Assembly (NCBI RefSeq): GCF_000315625.1 | Contig: NW_005434631.1 | Coordinates: forward strand, 1-64,000 | Origin: Guillardia theta CCMP2712 | Lineage: Eukaryota; Protista; Cryptophyta | Reading direction: 5' to 3' | Length of the DNA: 64,000 bases | In this document: positions 49,086-60,317 of the stretch, one piece after another | Layout: every line of letters begins with the position of its first letter | How positions within the stretch are numbered: the stretch's first letter is position 1 | Position numbers and translations under genes: made by a program | The notes under the pieces: generated by a model | Databases searched by the model: none | Seen by the model: only the letters and a program-made list of their open reading frames with translations | What the model was told of the DNA's origin: nothing

Positions 49086-51136
49086 ATGAGGAAGATTCAG
49101 TTTCTCCATCTCATGCTCTTCCTGCTCTTGTTAGCATCTGTGTCAGTTCTATGGTAAATTTGCCAAGATCTGCAAGGTTTGAATCGGAACGACTGATTTT
49201 TTGCGATTTGAAAGTAAAACCGAAGCGGGAAAGGAGGAGAAGAAGAAATCGGAAGAAGCCTCGAAGAAAAAGGAAGAGACGGCCAACACCAAGGTGACAA
49301 ACTCTTCTCTCAATACCAAACGAGCTTTATGCTCCACCTCTCGTTTCTCCCTGTTCTCTTATTGCCCCTCAGATCGAGTGCGACTTCGTGGAGAAGTTGG
49401 ATCACTACGAAAGGCTGGGTGTGTCAAGGGATGCAAACGATAAGGAGATCAAGGTAGAAGCAAGTTACAAGGAGCTCTGATGACGAGCTTGTTCACCAGC
49501 GAGCGTACAGAAAGCTCAGCTTGAAGTACCACCCCGACAAGAACACCGGACCGAACAAGGATTGCGCACAAAAGCACTTCATCGCAACAGCCAAGGTACT
49601 CCCATTCCTCTGTCTTTCCCTTCCGTCCCCTCCCCGTCCTCTCCCCCGTTCTCATTTACGCTTGCCTTTCCTGCATCGCGCAGGCTACTTACTTTTCTTC
49701 ATTCCGGATTCCCTTCCCGTCCCTCCCTTCCTCCCACCCTCTGATCCTTCTCCTCTACTTCTGACGTATCGACAGGCCTACGAGATTCTCAGCGATGAGC
49801 AGAAGAGGAAGCAGTATGATACCTTCGGCGACATGGAAAACATGGAGGTCAATATACCAGCCGTCCTCTGCATCCCCGCTCTGACATCGTTGACGCTGCA
49901 GAGCGGTCAGGCAGGCTTCGAGGGCTTTGAGGGCTTTGACCCCTTCAACGTCTTCCAGCAGTTCTTCAACAGGCAGGCGTCGGGCACGAGAGGAGGCAGG
50001 GCAGCTGTTTGAGAAGCAGCGAGACGGGCTGAGAGGGTGTTGGCAGGGTCCTTTCATGCAAGCTCCGGCCCTCAACACCAGCAGTTCTTCTTCTTCGACG
50101 AGGGTCCCAACGACTTTGACATGGCCGACTGCATCAACTACTGCATCCTGCAGTACCGTCAGGTCCTGTCGGCCAGCCCATGGCTGCTTGTGGTGACGCC
50201 AGACCGGCAGGCTGGGTATGTCGGCGACCTGGAGGCTCAATGTCAGCATGAGTGCATGGATCAGATGAACCAGGTGCGGGATGAGCGGCTTTGTCCTCCG
50301 TCTATCTCGTCCCTTGAGAGCTGAGGAGTTGCATCTCCCTTGATCGTTTCTGTCCTCCTTGTGCTCTTTCCTCTCTCCCTTTCCTCCTTCCCTCTCCCTT
50401 CCCTCTCTCCTTCTCCCTCCCCCCTCGATGGATGGTTTTACCTTTTCCCTTGCAGGGACAGGGCCCGGTCTTCGACGGTTTCCAGCAAATGTTCCAAGAA
50501 GATCCATTCCAGAACGCTTATGGGCAGCAATATCACTACATCAATGAGCAACCTGTACTGTATTGCTGTGCTGTCCTCCTTCTCATCACCTTGATTGCTC
50601 TCAGTACTACATGGAGCAGACTTTCGATCCCTTCGACTTTGTGCAGGATGACGGCGGAGGGTTCCAGGCAAGTGGACGAGACGAGGGTCTTGGCTCTTCT
50701 CACTCCAAACGTTTGACCCTCCAGGGGCAGAGGGCCAACACAAGGGCCAACATCCTCGAGCACATGATGCGAGGAGGAAGTACTACGGGCCCACAGGTGC
50801 CTCCGTCTCACCCTCCTCCTCCGACGTAGCTGAACGCCTTTCGCTCACAGAGGGGGAGAGGACCGCAGGTGATGTACGAGGATCCATACGGCAACCATAT
50901 GTGGCAGGTTCGACCCTGCTGTCCTATTTGAACTGTGGACTGACGCGAGGGCTAGGACACTTTCTATGACGAACATCCTGGCTTCGAGTATGCTCAGGTG
51001 GACAGAAGAGACCGAGAAGCTCTTCTTGGTTGTGCTCACGCTGGGCATGCAGGAATTTCCGGGGCCGGGTGGCCGGGGGTCAGCTTCGTCGGGCAAGCGG
51101 AATCGAAGGAACAGGGACATGTATGATGAGTTCTAG
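49086..51136 (+). CDS. Secretory-pathway DnaJ/Hsp40 protein, multi-exon
   Basis: Signal peptide MRKIQFLHLMLFLLLLASVSVL; J domain LGVSRDANDKEIK..AYRKLSLKYHPDKN..AYEILSDEQKRKQYD; G/F-rich FDPFNVFQQFF; putative C-terminus DMYDEF*. Confidence 0.85.
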
Positions 51137-51390
51137 GAGGAGAGATGACGCGAGTAGATGGCATGGGAAGTAACCGTTGCAGTGACGGGAGGATTGAGTA
51201 GTTTTTACATTAGTCTACTAATGAAACAGCTAGTTGATACGTGCTGGACCAATCTTGATTCACTGAGGTTGAAACTGGTCAAGGGTGTCCAGACGAGTGC
51301 TGAAAGTAATCTTGCGAACAGATCTTGTGAACGGAAGTTGTCTGTAACAACCTCACATACTTCTGCCATCCCAGTTGTCCTCTAGACTTC

Positions 51391-51984
51391 TTATATCTCA
51401 TCGCTCATCATGTCGCATCGCAGGTACCACTTCAACCAAGAGATGTCTTCGCGCCTCAAACTCTCGTTTCCTGCACCTTCATTCTTCCCTGGGGCCTGAT
51501 GTTCAGAAGACATCGTCTCTAAGTGCTGGCTCAGAAATTCAGAGCTCGAGAAGCTCCATGAAGTACTAATTTCCGTTGCATCCGACATGTTCATATCCTC
51601 GCCCCAGAGCAAATCCCCTGCACGAACGTTCCTCTCTGTTGTACCCCCGTCACTCTCGCTGGACGCTCCCTCATTTCTAGATTCATTCTCAGCAGCAACC
51701 TCACTACTCCATCGGCTGAATGGCCATCGGCTGATGCCTAACTTGCGGCAGGCGTGCTTCAAACTTGTGAGCGATATCCCCTGTAAAGCGACAAGCAGTC
51801 AAATCCAAGTTTCTTTCATTCATGCTCAAATGCTTTGAGCGCTCACCAGGTTTGCTGCAGCTTCCTCTTGCTTCAGGTGAAACATTCCTTCCAGCGTTGC
51901 TCGATCCAGGTTGACGTGTTGTCTAGCCTGGATGCTGCAATGGTTGCCTCGTGGTCGTGGAGCGATGCGAATCGAATCCTCCAT
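51391..51984 (-). CDS. RWP-RK domain transcription factor, 2 coding exons
   Basis: LDRATLEGMFHLKQEEAAANL | GISLTSLKHACRKLGISRWPFSR across a GT-AG intron (~51846-51781). Confidence 0.9.
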
Positions 51985-52170
51985 CCTGCCTGCAAGACAA
52001 AGGAGGGTGGGATAGTAGGATTTCTCTTCAAGGTGATGAGGTTACACGAAGTTCGAATCCCGTGTCGACGAAGACGATGCGTCGAAAAGGTTAAAATAAG
52101 GGAGCAAGGATGCCGGGACACTGGAGTTGCCGATTAGGGTGAGGGTTGACAATAGCGTTCTAGAGAAGGC

Positions 52171-52231
52171 GAGAGGAGAGAGGAGACAGGAGAGAGGAGA
52201 GAGGAGAGGAAGGAGACAGGAGAGAGGAGAG

Positions 52232-52314
<83 letters not shown>

Positions 52315-52345
52315 GAGAGGAGAGAGGAGAGAGGAGAGAGGAGAG
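52171..52345. repeat. (GGAGACA)n/(GAGAG)n purine microsatellite upstream of RWP-RK
   Basis: Direct tandem ggagaca repeats. Confidence 0.9.
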
Positions 52346-53671
52346 TGCGCGCTGGGGAGGAGGGGGTGAGATACGAAGAGCAGGATAGAGCTCCTGGAGG
52401 AAGAAGAAGGTGCAGATGGGGCCAAGAGTGGCTCGAGGGAACGAGTGCGCAGGGGAAAAAGGTGTGCTTTGACGAATTGGTTACACCCTATCACCCCCTT
52501 TTCAACATTCAGATTGGAGGGTGGGGTACACATTAATTTAGTAAAGAGGGGGTGGAAGGGGTGGTCAGGCACAACAGGGTGAGTTGGGGTGGGGTGGTTC
52601 AACCATGGGCGGTGGAAAAAGGGGCATAAGTGAGAATTCCAACGAGAGGGTAGGAGCTTCATCTTCTGAACTTAAGGACTGACTTATACTTTCATGGACC
52701 TTTGGGAGGGATAATCGGCCGGGTCATCCCTTCAAACAAGGATCCTCAGCCCCCCTCCTCACACGACCCCAACTTTACTTAAGGTAGGACCCCTGCAGCT
52801 AAATACAGAGGTGTGTAATAGGCAACCCCTCCATTTTACCAAAAACTACCCTACCACCCATCAGGCCCTGTCCTCTTAAAAACCACCCACCCCAAGAACA
52901 AGGCTCTTCATCTCTCTGGTATCTCTGGACCACAAAAATTAAATAATCCTGCCTAAAAATATTTTTTGCCATTTGCAACCCTCCGGTCAGCCACCCACCC
53001 TACTTCAGCACCTTTATCTTATGCCTCCCTCACTCCCTGGACTCCGCGAGCCTCACAGAGTCAGCCGCCCTTTTAGCCTTCTGACACTCGAGTAAAAGGC
53101 CCTTACATCCTACCTTACTGCAGACTGCTGCACCGACACATGCAAAGCAAGTACCCCTACCCACCTTGTTGGCTATCACACGAAGTTGCGTCTAGGAGAG
53201 GGCGAGGCCGACGAGGCCGCAGTGTTGCCTCGCCGGGCGGCTTCGACCCCGGGCCCTTGCTGCTCCGAGCCTATGACCCGTATCGATCTATCGTCGAGGT
53301 ATGCCCACCAAGATTCGGCCCTGGCAACTCAGGCCGTGCCGTGTGACGAGTGGCGGTCTTTTCTAGACTTTTTACTCGGATGATGACCGGGAACTTTCGT
53401 GGGAGGGGGGGGATCTCGGGCTGTAGGGGCAACCGTCAGTGTAACAGAGCAGGTCGGCCTCTGAAGTTAGCCGGACGAGGCCTTGAAACATCTCGATCTC
53501 AAGGTTGTCAGACGGCTGCCACGTGAGGATGGCCCCGGGCCGCGGCGTGACACTCAGGCGTGACTGCTCTCGTTCCAATCAGCGGCGCCGGGGGCCGGCG
53601 GGGGGCCGGGCCCGGCCGCCGCCGCCGGGCCGCGGGCAACCGTCAGCCTCCGATCCGTCAACAGCCTGCTA

Positions 53672-54714
53672 CGGTACTGATTTTTCACCGTTAACTTTGA
53701 GTAAAAGCCTGTCCTCGACTCAGTGACTCTGCCCCACAGAGTCTCCTGATTGTCCTCGTATCGGATTTTTAATTTAACTTTGAGTAAAAGTGCCAGTCTC
53801 GCCCCAGCTGAGCGGCCCGGCGGCCCGGCCGGGCGGGCGGCCGCCTCCGACTCGCCGGGTCGGAGCGTACGGTCGCCCGCCGGCTGAAGGCTCGGACTCA
53901 GAGTACACGCCGGGCGGTCCGATCAGCGTGACCGACCGGCGCCGGCGCCGGCGGGCCGGGTGCCGCATTGCCACCCGCCAAAGGCCTTTCTTCCCATCAT
54001 CGCCAGCACTGATGGCCTCTTGCAGGACGATGCGTTGCGCTTTCTGTGGTGGCTGGCGGATCGCTCGGCGAACAAGGAAACGCCTCGCAAGACGTCTCAA
54101 ACGGTGATCCGACTTGCAAACGCATCCGATCACCAGGAGCGGCGTCTCATTCCAGTTCGGCGGCGGCCACCGCGACCGACATCGCTGGCATGGCCGCGCG
54201 GGCGGGAACTTGTCCTGCGCGCCGTTATTCTCTTCTCGCCGTTTGGCCTGTGCGACAGTGTCAGGGTCAAGCCGCGCCCTCCTTGACTCTCAGGGGCCTT
54301 ATTGTCCTCGTACTATCACTTATTTTTAACTTAACTTTGAGTAAAGACAGTCAGACAGTTACACTTGGCAGTACCGTACTGTAGTCAGGAGGCTGTACTA
54401 TGCTGAGAGCCCGGGTCAGGGTCGGCGTCCGAGAAAGTCGGGGCCCCGGCGGGCAGGCGGCAGGGCAGGCGGCTCACAGCGGCCGCCGCCCGCCGGGCCC
54501 GGCCCGCCGCTGTCGCCCTGAAGCTTCAAGTTCTCTTCTCGCCGTATGGCCTGTGCGACAGCGTCCAATCAGGTCAAGCCTCCTCTCAGTCTACTCTCGG
54601 AGGGCCCCCTGAGGCTGCTCCGAGCGGCTCTGAGGGCCCGGCCTGCGATGATTGTACGGTCCGACGAGGCTCGTACCGTAGTACCGTGATTTTTAACTTA
54701 ACCGTTTGAGTAAA
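53672..54714 (+). repeat. Cluster of four degenerate copies of the dispersed intergenic repeat in GC-rich spacer
   Basis: Core ..gtac..tttt..taactttgagtaaa at ~53672-53706, 53738-53790, 54233-54345 and 54533-54714. Confidence 0.8.
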
Positions 54715-54735
54715 CGTCAGTGTGGGGATGAGGGT

Positions 54736-56198
54736 ATGGGGGAGAAGGGGCGGCCGCTATCAGGCGGGTTGAGTGAAATGGGCGATGAGGAGATGGCGGA
54801 GGGAGGGAGCGGAGGGGAGGAAGAGAGGCGAGAGGGAGGGGGGAAGGAAGCAAGGGATGAAGAATGCATGAGGAGAACAACGTCAAGAGCGGACAAGAGG
54901 AGTAGGAGAAGACGGGGATGGGAAAGAGGCGGTGTGAGGTCCAGCTCAGCTCCTTGTCCCCTTATATGTCTCGGTGGTTGGGTGATGCTACTTGCCTTGG
55001 CGACTGGACTTCAGGTGGGGGAGGGAGGAGGAGGAATCGACGCGAGATACCAGGGAGTAAGAGCGCAGAGTCATACTGCCAGCCCATTTCTTGCCAAGGT
55101 CGTTCCAGAAAGATCCCGATGGGCTTGGGGGGCAGAACCTCCAGGATCATTGCATGAGGGCATCCTGATGGGGCACACGAGCATGAGACTCGGGAGAGGA
55201 TCGCAGCAAAGAGGCTGCACGGATGATACGTGCTTGGATCTGAGTCAACCAGAGCCATCTGTGCTGAGAAATCGCTGTCAAGGGGAGCGCAAAGAACTGG
55301 CATGGTTGCCGGGCATGGCGCCGAGCAGCCTCACGAACAAGTTTGTGAAGCGTCACCATGGGGGGAGGGTGTGTAAGATGAGGAAGCGAGAACCTGTGCT
55401 GCAGAACAGAAGAGGAGCGGCGTGTCTTGGCATGCAGGAGGATGCAGACAACGAGCGGAGGCCCGAGTCCATGTACGTGCAGCTACTGCAGAGAGTCTAC
55501 CGGGCGAACTTTGGCATCGACATCAAGGATGAGGCACAGCTCTTTGACGAGCTCGAGGAGGAGGGGAGAGGCTCTGGTGGCGTCGAGGAGCAGCAGAGCT
55601 CTTCGAGGAGGAGGCTCCTGTCCACTGTCGCCTCGATCCTGATTGCTGCCTGGACTCTAACGCTACTGCCATCCCCTAGGGTGCTGGCGGGAGACTTCGA
55701 TGCTGGAGACTTCCAGAAGGGAGAGACGGTCTTGTTGGACGTGAAGAAAGCAAGAGAGTCGTGCAGCGACGGGTGGGCGATGAACTGGAGGACGACGGGG
55801 AAGGCGAGCGTGTGTCTGGAGGCGGACGGCTGTCTCTGGAGGAAGGTGGAGTTCGGGAGGGGGTCGAACTTCTACGAGCAGAGCTTCCGCAAGGCAGAGG
55901 AGACTTACTCTGTCTCCTTCATCAACTACCTCGCCAGGTTCGTCCTCAACTACGACAGCAGGTGGCAGGAGTGGTGGAGCATCCGGCAGCGGGCCCTACG
56001 CCCAGACTTCAACGAGCAGCAGGTGGCAGAGCAGCTGGGCAAGGAGCTGAGGAGGTTCTCGGGGAGCGTCGAGTACGGGCTGGGAAGATACTCGGGGGAG
56101 GAGGGGGTGAAGAGACTGTTTGCAGAGCTCCAGCTGCACTACGGGGACATGGGGTATGAGGTGAACCGTCAGCTGGTGTCAGCGTTCGCGCTGCTCGA
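54736..56198 (+). CDS. Hypothetical, probably plastid-targeted protein; 3' part lost in gap
   Basis: Long ORF with signal-like WVMLLALATGL, a twin-Arg-like segment SRRRLLSTVASILIAAWTLTLLPSPRVLA and a globular block YLARFVLNYDSRWQEWW; donor gag|gtgagg before the N gap. Confidence 0.55.
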
Positions 56199-56337
56199 GG
56201 TGAGGAAGGAAAGGAGGAGGGAGGAGGGGGGGGGGGANNNNNNNNNNNNNNNNNNNNNNNNNNNNNNNNNNNNNNNNNNNNNNNNNNNNNNNNNNNNNNN
56301 NNNNNNNNNNNNNNNNNNNNNNNNNNNNNNNNNNNNN

Positions 56338-57873
56338 GTTGCACCGCCCGTTCCCGCTGCAGTTCTTGAGCATGTCGCACTCCTCCGTGCAGCTCGCTCC
56401 GTACGAGTTCCTCCCGCACACTCCTCCTCCTCCGCCGCCCCCGCCCGTCCCCTCTGAGCAGCTCGTCCCGCTATACCCCTCGTAGCAGTCGCACTCCCCC
56501 GTCAGCCCGTTGCACCGCCCGTTCCCGCTGCAGTTCTTGAGCATGTCGCACTCCTCCGTGCAGCTCGCTCCGTACGAGTTCCTCCCGCACACTCCTCCTC
56601 CTCCGCCGCCCCCGCCCGTCCCCTCTGAGCAGCTCGTCCCGCTATACCCCTCGTAGCAGTCGCACTCCCCCGTCAGCCCGTTGCACCGCCCGTTCCCGCT
56701 GCAGTTCTTGAGCATGTCGCACTCCTCCGTGCAGCTCGCTCCGTACGAGTTCCTCCCGCACACTCCTCCTCCTCCTCCGCCGCCCCCGCCCGTCCCCTCT
56801 GAGCAGCTCGTCCCGCTATACCCCTCGTAGCAGTCGCACTCCCCCGTCTGCCCGTTGCACCGCCCGTTCCCGCTGCAGTTCTTGAGCATGTCGCACTCCT
56901 CCGTGCAGCTCGCTCCGTACGAGTTCCTCCCGCACACTCCTCCTCCTCCTCCTCCTCCTCCGCCCCCGCCCGTCCTCTCTGAGCAGCTCGTCCCGCTATA
57001 CCCCTCGTAGCAGTCGCACTCCCCCGTCAGCCCGTTGCACCGCCCGTTCCCGCTGCAGTTCTTGAGCATGTCGCACTCCTCCGTGCAGCTCGCTCCGTAC
57101 GAGTTCCTCCCGCACACTCCTCCTCCTCCGCCTCCCCCGCCCCGCCCGTCCCCTCTGAGCAGCTCGTCCCGCTATACCCCTCGTAGCAGTCGCACTCCCC
57201 CGTCTGCCCGTTGCACCGCCCGTTCCCGCTGCAGTTCTTGAGCATGTCGCACTCCTCCGTGCAGCTCGCTCCGTACGAGTTCCTCCCGCACACTCCTCCT
57301 CCTCCTCCTCCTCCTCCGCCGCCCCCGCCCGTCCCCTCTGAGCAGCTCGTCCCGCTATACCCCTCGTAGCAGTCGCACTCCCCCGTCAGCCCGTTGCACC
57401 GCCCGTTCCCGCTGCAGTTCTTGAGCATGTCGCACTCCTCCGTGCAGCTCGCTCCGTACGAGTTCCTCCCGCACACTCCTCCTCCTCCGCCGCCCCCGCC
57501 CGTCCCCTCTGAGCAGCTCGTCCCGCTATACCCCTCGTAGCAGTCGCACTCCCCCGTCAGCCCGTTGCACCGCCCGTTCCCGCTGCAGTTCTTGAGCATG
57601 TCGCAGATCAAATCACAGCCAGTTGCATATTGATTTCTTGCGCAGATGGACTGTTGGATGGCGTTGGATGTGTTGAATGTAATGTTGAATTGAATGGTAA
57701 TGGTTGTGTTAGTTGTTGGATACCATTTGTCTTCTGTCACATTGCTGGCCTAAGAAAGAGTATTTTCAAAAATCAAAGTTGTTGTGAAAGGATTGGAAAG
57801 ATTTTACCTGGTTGAGGTTGAAGATTCCGAGAAGCAGCAAGATGGCGAAGGAGATTCTCAGTCTGAGAGGATT
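56338..57873 (-). CDS. 5' part of a third EGF-array surface protein (receptor family paralog), truncated by gap
   Basis: Signal-like exon NPLRLRISFAILLLLGIFNLNQ, intron, then ASNVTEDKW..CARNQYATGC and ~8 units CGRNSYGASCTEECDMLKNCSGNGRCNG[LQ]TGECDCYEGYSGTSCSE plus poly-Gly; frame break near 57130-57145. Confidence 0.75.
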
Positions 57874-59453
57874 CCTGCGTTGGATGGGATTAGTACGTTT
57901 GTATCTCAGCAGCTGTGAGAAACAGAGTGTTCAACCACACTGAGGAAACTGATTTTTCGGTTCCGAACCTTACTAGCACCGGGACAGCACAGAACAAAAC
58001 CGCAAGGATAGAGCAAGCAGCATGTTCGCTCACCATATAATCCTTCGATGTTCGTTGATTCCTCGCCCCCGCCCTCTCTGCCGCTGGTCCCGCCCAATAT
58101 CTCGCATACCCCCTTGCATTGCGCGCCCACTTATCTATCAACTTCCAAGGAAGTTAAAAAGTTTAAGTTAATAAACGGACTAGTACTGCAAAATGTACTT
58201 AAAATTAACTAAACTGTCTTGCGCCTGCCCCTATCTTCCGTTGTCATCATCCCTCATGCCGCCGGGCCGACCCGGCAGCGGGCGGGCCTACTCACGGCCA
58301 GGTGCAAGCGATAGGGCCGCCCCGCTGGCTTTTCCCGGGGCTTGACTCCCGGCCCCACCGTGTCCGACTGTCTGACTCAGCATCATGGCATGATCTCCGC
58401 GGCCGGATCAGTGGTTGGGTGCGGTGTGACTAGCGTACTGAGTAGGCGTCGGGCAAAGTTGGCTAGCCCGGGCCGGGCTTGCCGGGCGGACCAAGTAAGT
58501 GGCCGGGCAACTTGACCGTACCTTGAGAGTACCGTCGGTCAGGGCCTGGTCACCGGGTGGTCAAACGTGGCCAGAGTTCAAGTTCGGATAAGGCAATCAA
58601 ACAAACTGAAAACTACAACAAAAAAAGCAACATGGTACAACTCTTAATTGTAGTCACTACTCGAACTTTTAGTTGATTCCAGTTGACCAATAGCATTCCG
58701 AGTTCCCGGTACTCAATCATTTTATGAAGTTGCATTTTTAATATTACCTATTGTACGAAGATATTATATCTGTACTACGCCTTTTCAATGTTTTAAAGTT
58801 TTAAGTGACTAATATTGGTAATAGTATTGCTTCATGTTAGTTTTCAACACCGTCAGTGCGGACGGTAAACTTAAGTAATGATTTGCGGTACTTTGAAATG
58901 GGGTTTCAACGAAACTGAAGAAGTTGAGAGGCAACGGCCATTATGCGGAACATGGGAGGGAAGGGAGGGAAATGGCTGAACGAGCGAGGGTGCAGCGAAG
59001 GGATGCGAGGTTGAGAATTTACATAAGTTGGTAGGAAGGAGAAACCGCCATCGAAGCATTTCGATTGATTTCATGCGAGTGAGGACTGCTGTCGGGAGGT
59101 TGACAACGCACTAAACGAGAGCGATAAAACGGTAGCAACGCAGAAAATCCATGCAGGATGTCGAATTTTCAAGAGGTCACTTAGCGGCAAGTGATGAGGA
59201 GTTTGATGATGCATCACGGATGAAAGATACAGAAACTATCTACTCTTGAGCAACATGTGATGAAACTAGTGGCATAGCCGAATTAAAGCCTAGCCGTGGC
59301 ATTTATTCTGCTGGGTATTTAGGTCTTGGAGGTAGGAGGCAGAGCGGGTTTGGATAACGAGGAAATGGATGACAGGATTTTTTCATGTACTGACGATGAG
59401 AAGTATTAGAATGTTCAAACTAGATGAATATAGGCTGCCTTGCGAATACCAAA

Positions 59454-60225
59454 ATGAGAATGTTGGTAAGACAGGCTTTGCAGTCTAGGTGTTTCAAAAC
59501 GGGGTACGGGTGTGGAGCATGTTGACGCAGGAGGAGATCGATAAGGTATAACTTGAACTCTTCGACTCTTTTCTGAACAACAAACAGTGCAGGGAGGCGT
59601 TTGAGCGTTTTGACAAGGACGGAAGGTGGGAGGCTTGCCTTGTCCTTGGTGCGATGTTTGCAGCGAAAGTGACACGTGGGAATCAGTGGTACCATTGATG
59701 CCTGGGAATTGAAAGAAACGCTTAAAGCCATGGGTCAAAACCCCACGGACGAGGAAGTCTTTCAGATGCTCAGCCAAGTAGATGATGATGGCAGTGGTGA
59801 GCGGGACGAACAGCTTCCGGATGGAAAACCTCTCTGATATTGGTTGTTCGCAGGAAGCATTGAATTCCCTGAATTCCTGAAAGTCATCGAAGCACAAAAA
59901 GAGGCTGCAACTGCTCAGAATGATGAAAGTGATTTGATAGATGCCTTTGTAGCCATGGGTGGGAATGCTGATAAAACAGGTGACAGGAAGTTTTGCAGTT
60001 TTCAATTCGACTGATGTATTCTTCTAAAGGGCATGTTGAAGCTGAAAAGCTGAGGCGGACCATTAAAGCTTTTGAGCTGACAGTCGACATAGATAGGCTC
60101 ATTGACGAAACAGATGCAGATGGATCTGGAGAGATTGACTACGAAGAGTTCAAAGGTAGTTGTTTTCTACCCTATGAATGCAAATTGGTCAATGACGGGT
60201 GTTGTTTGCAGCCATGTTCAACTGA
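59454..60225 (+). CDS. Calmodulin-like EF-hand protein, outer-arm dynein light chain LC4-like; multi-exon, start approximate
   Basis: Spliced FERFDKDGSGTIDAWELKETLKAMGQNPTDEEVFQMLSQVDDDGSGSIEFPEF..DAFVAMGGNADKTG..FELTVDIDRLIDETDADGSGEIDYEEF; the DAFVAxGGN and FELT motifs resemble Chlamydomonas LC4. Confidence 0.8.
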
Positions 60226-60317
60226 AAATTAGCATACTTTCAAGCCACTCACACGTTCTGAATTTTCAAATGTGATTTGTTTTATTATAAGATAAGATGA
60301 AGCAGCGACATGCTATA

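Noticed and set aside
48927-49109. WW-like LPHGWKSLFD on the minus strand
   Set aside because: Lacks the rest of the WW consensus and overlaps the DnaJ start antisense.
53140-54612. Short Arg/Pro/Gly-rich ORFs in the GC-rich spacer
   Set aside because: Compositional artefacts overlapping degenerate repeats; no coherent protein.
56199-56457. C-terminal part of ORF 54706..56457
   Set aside because: Reads through an intron start and an N gap into the antisense of the EGF array.
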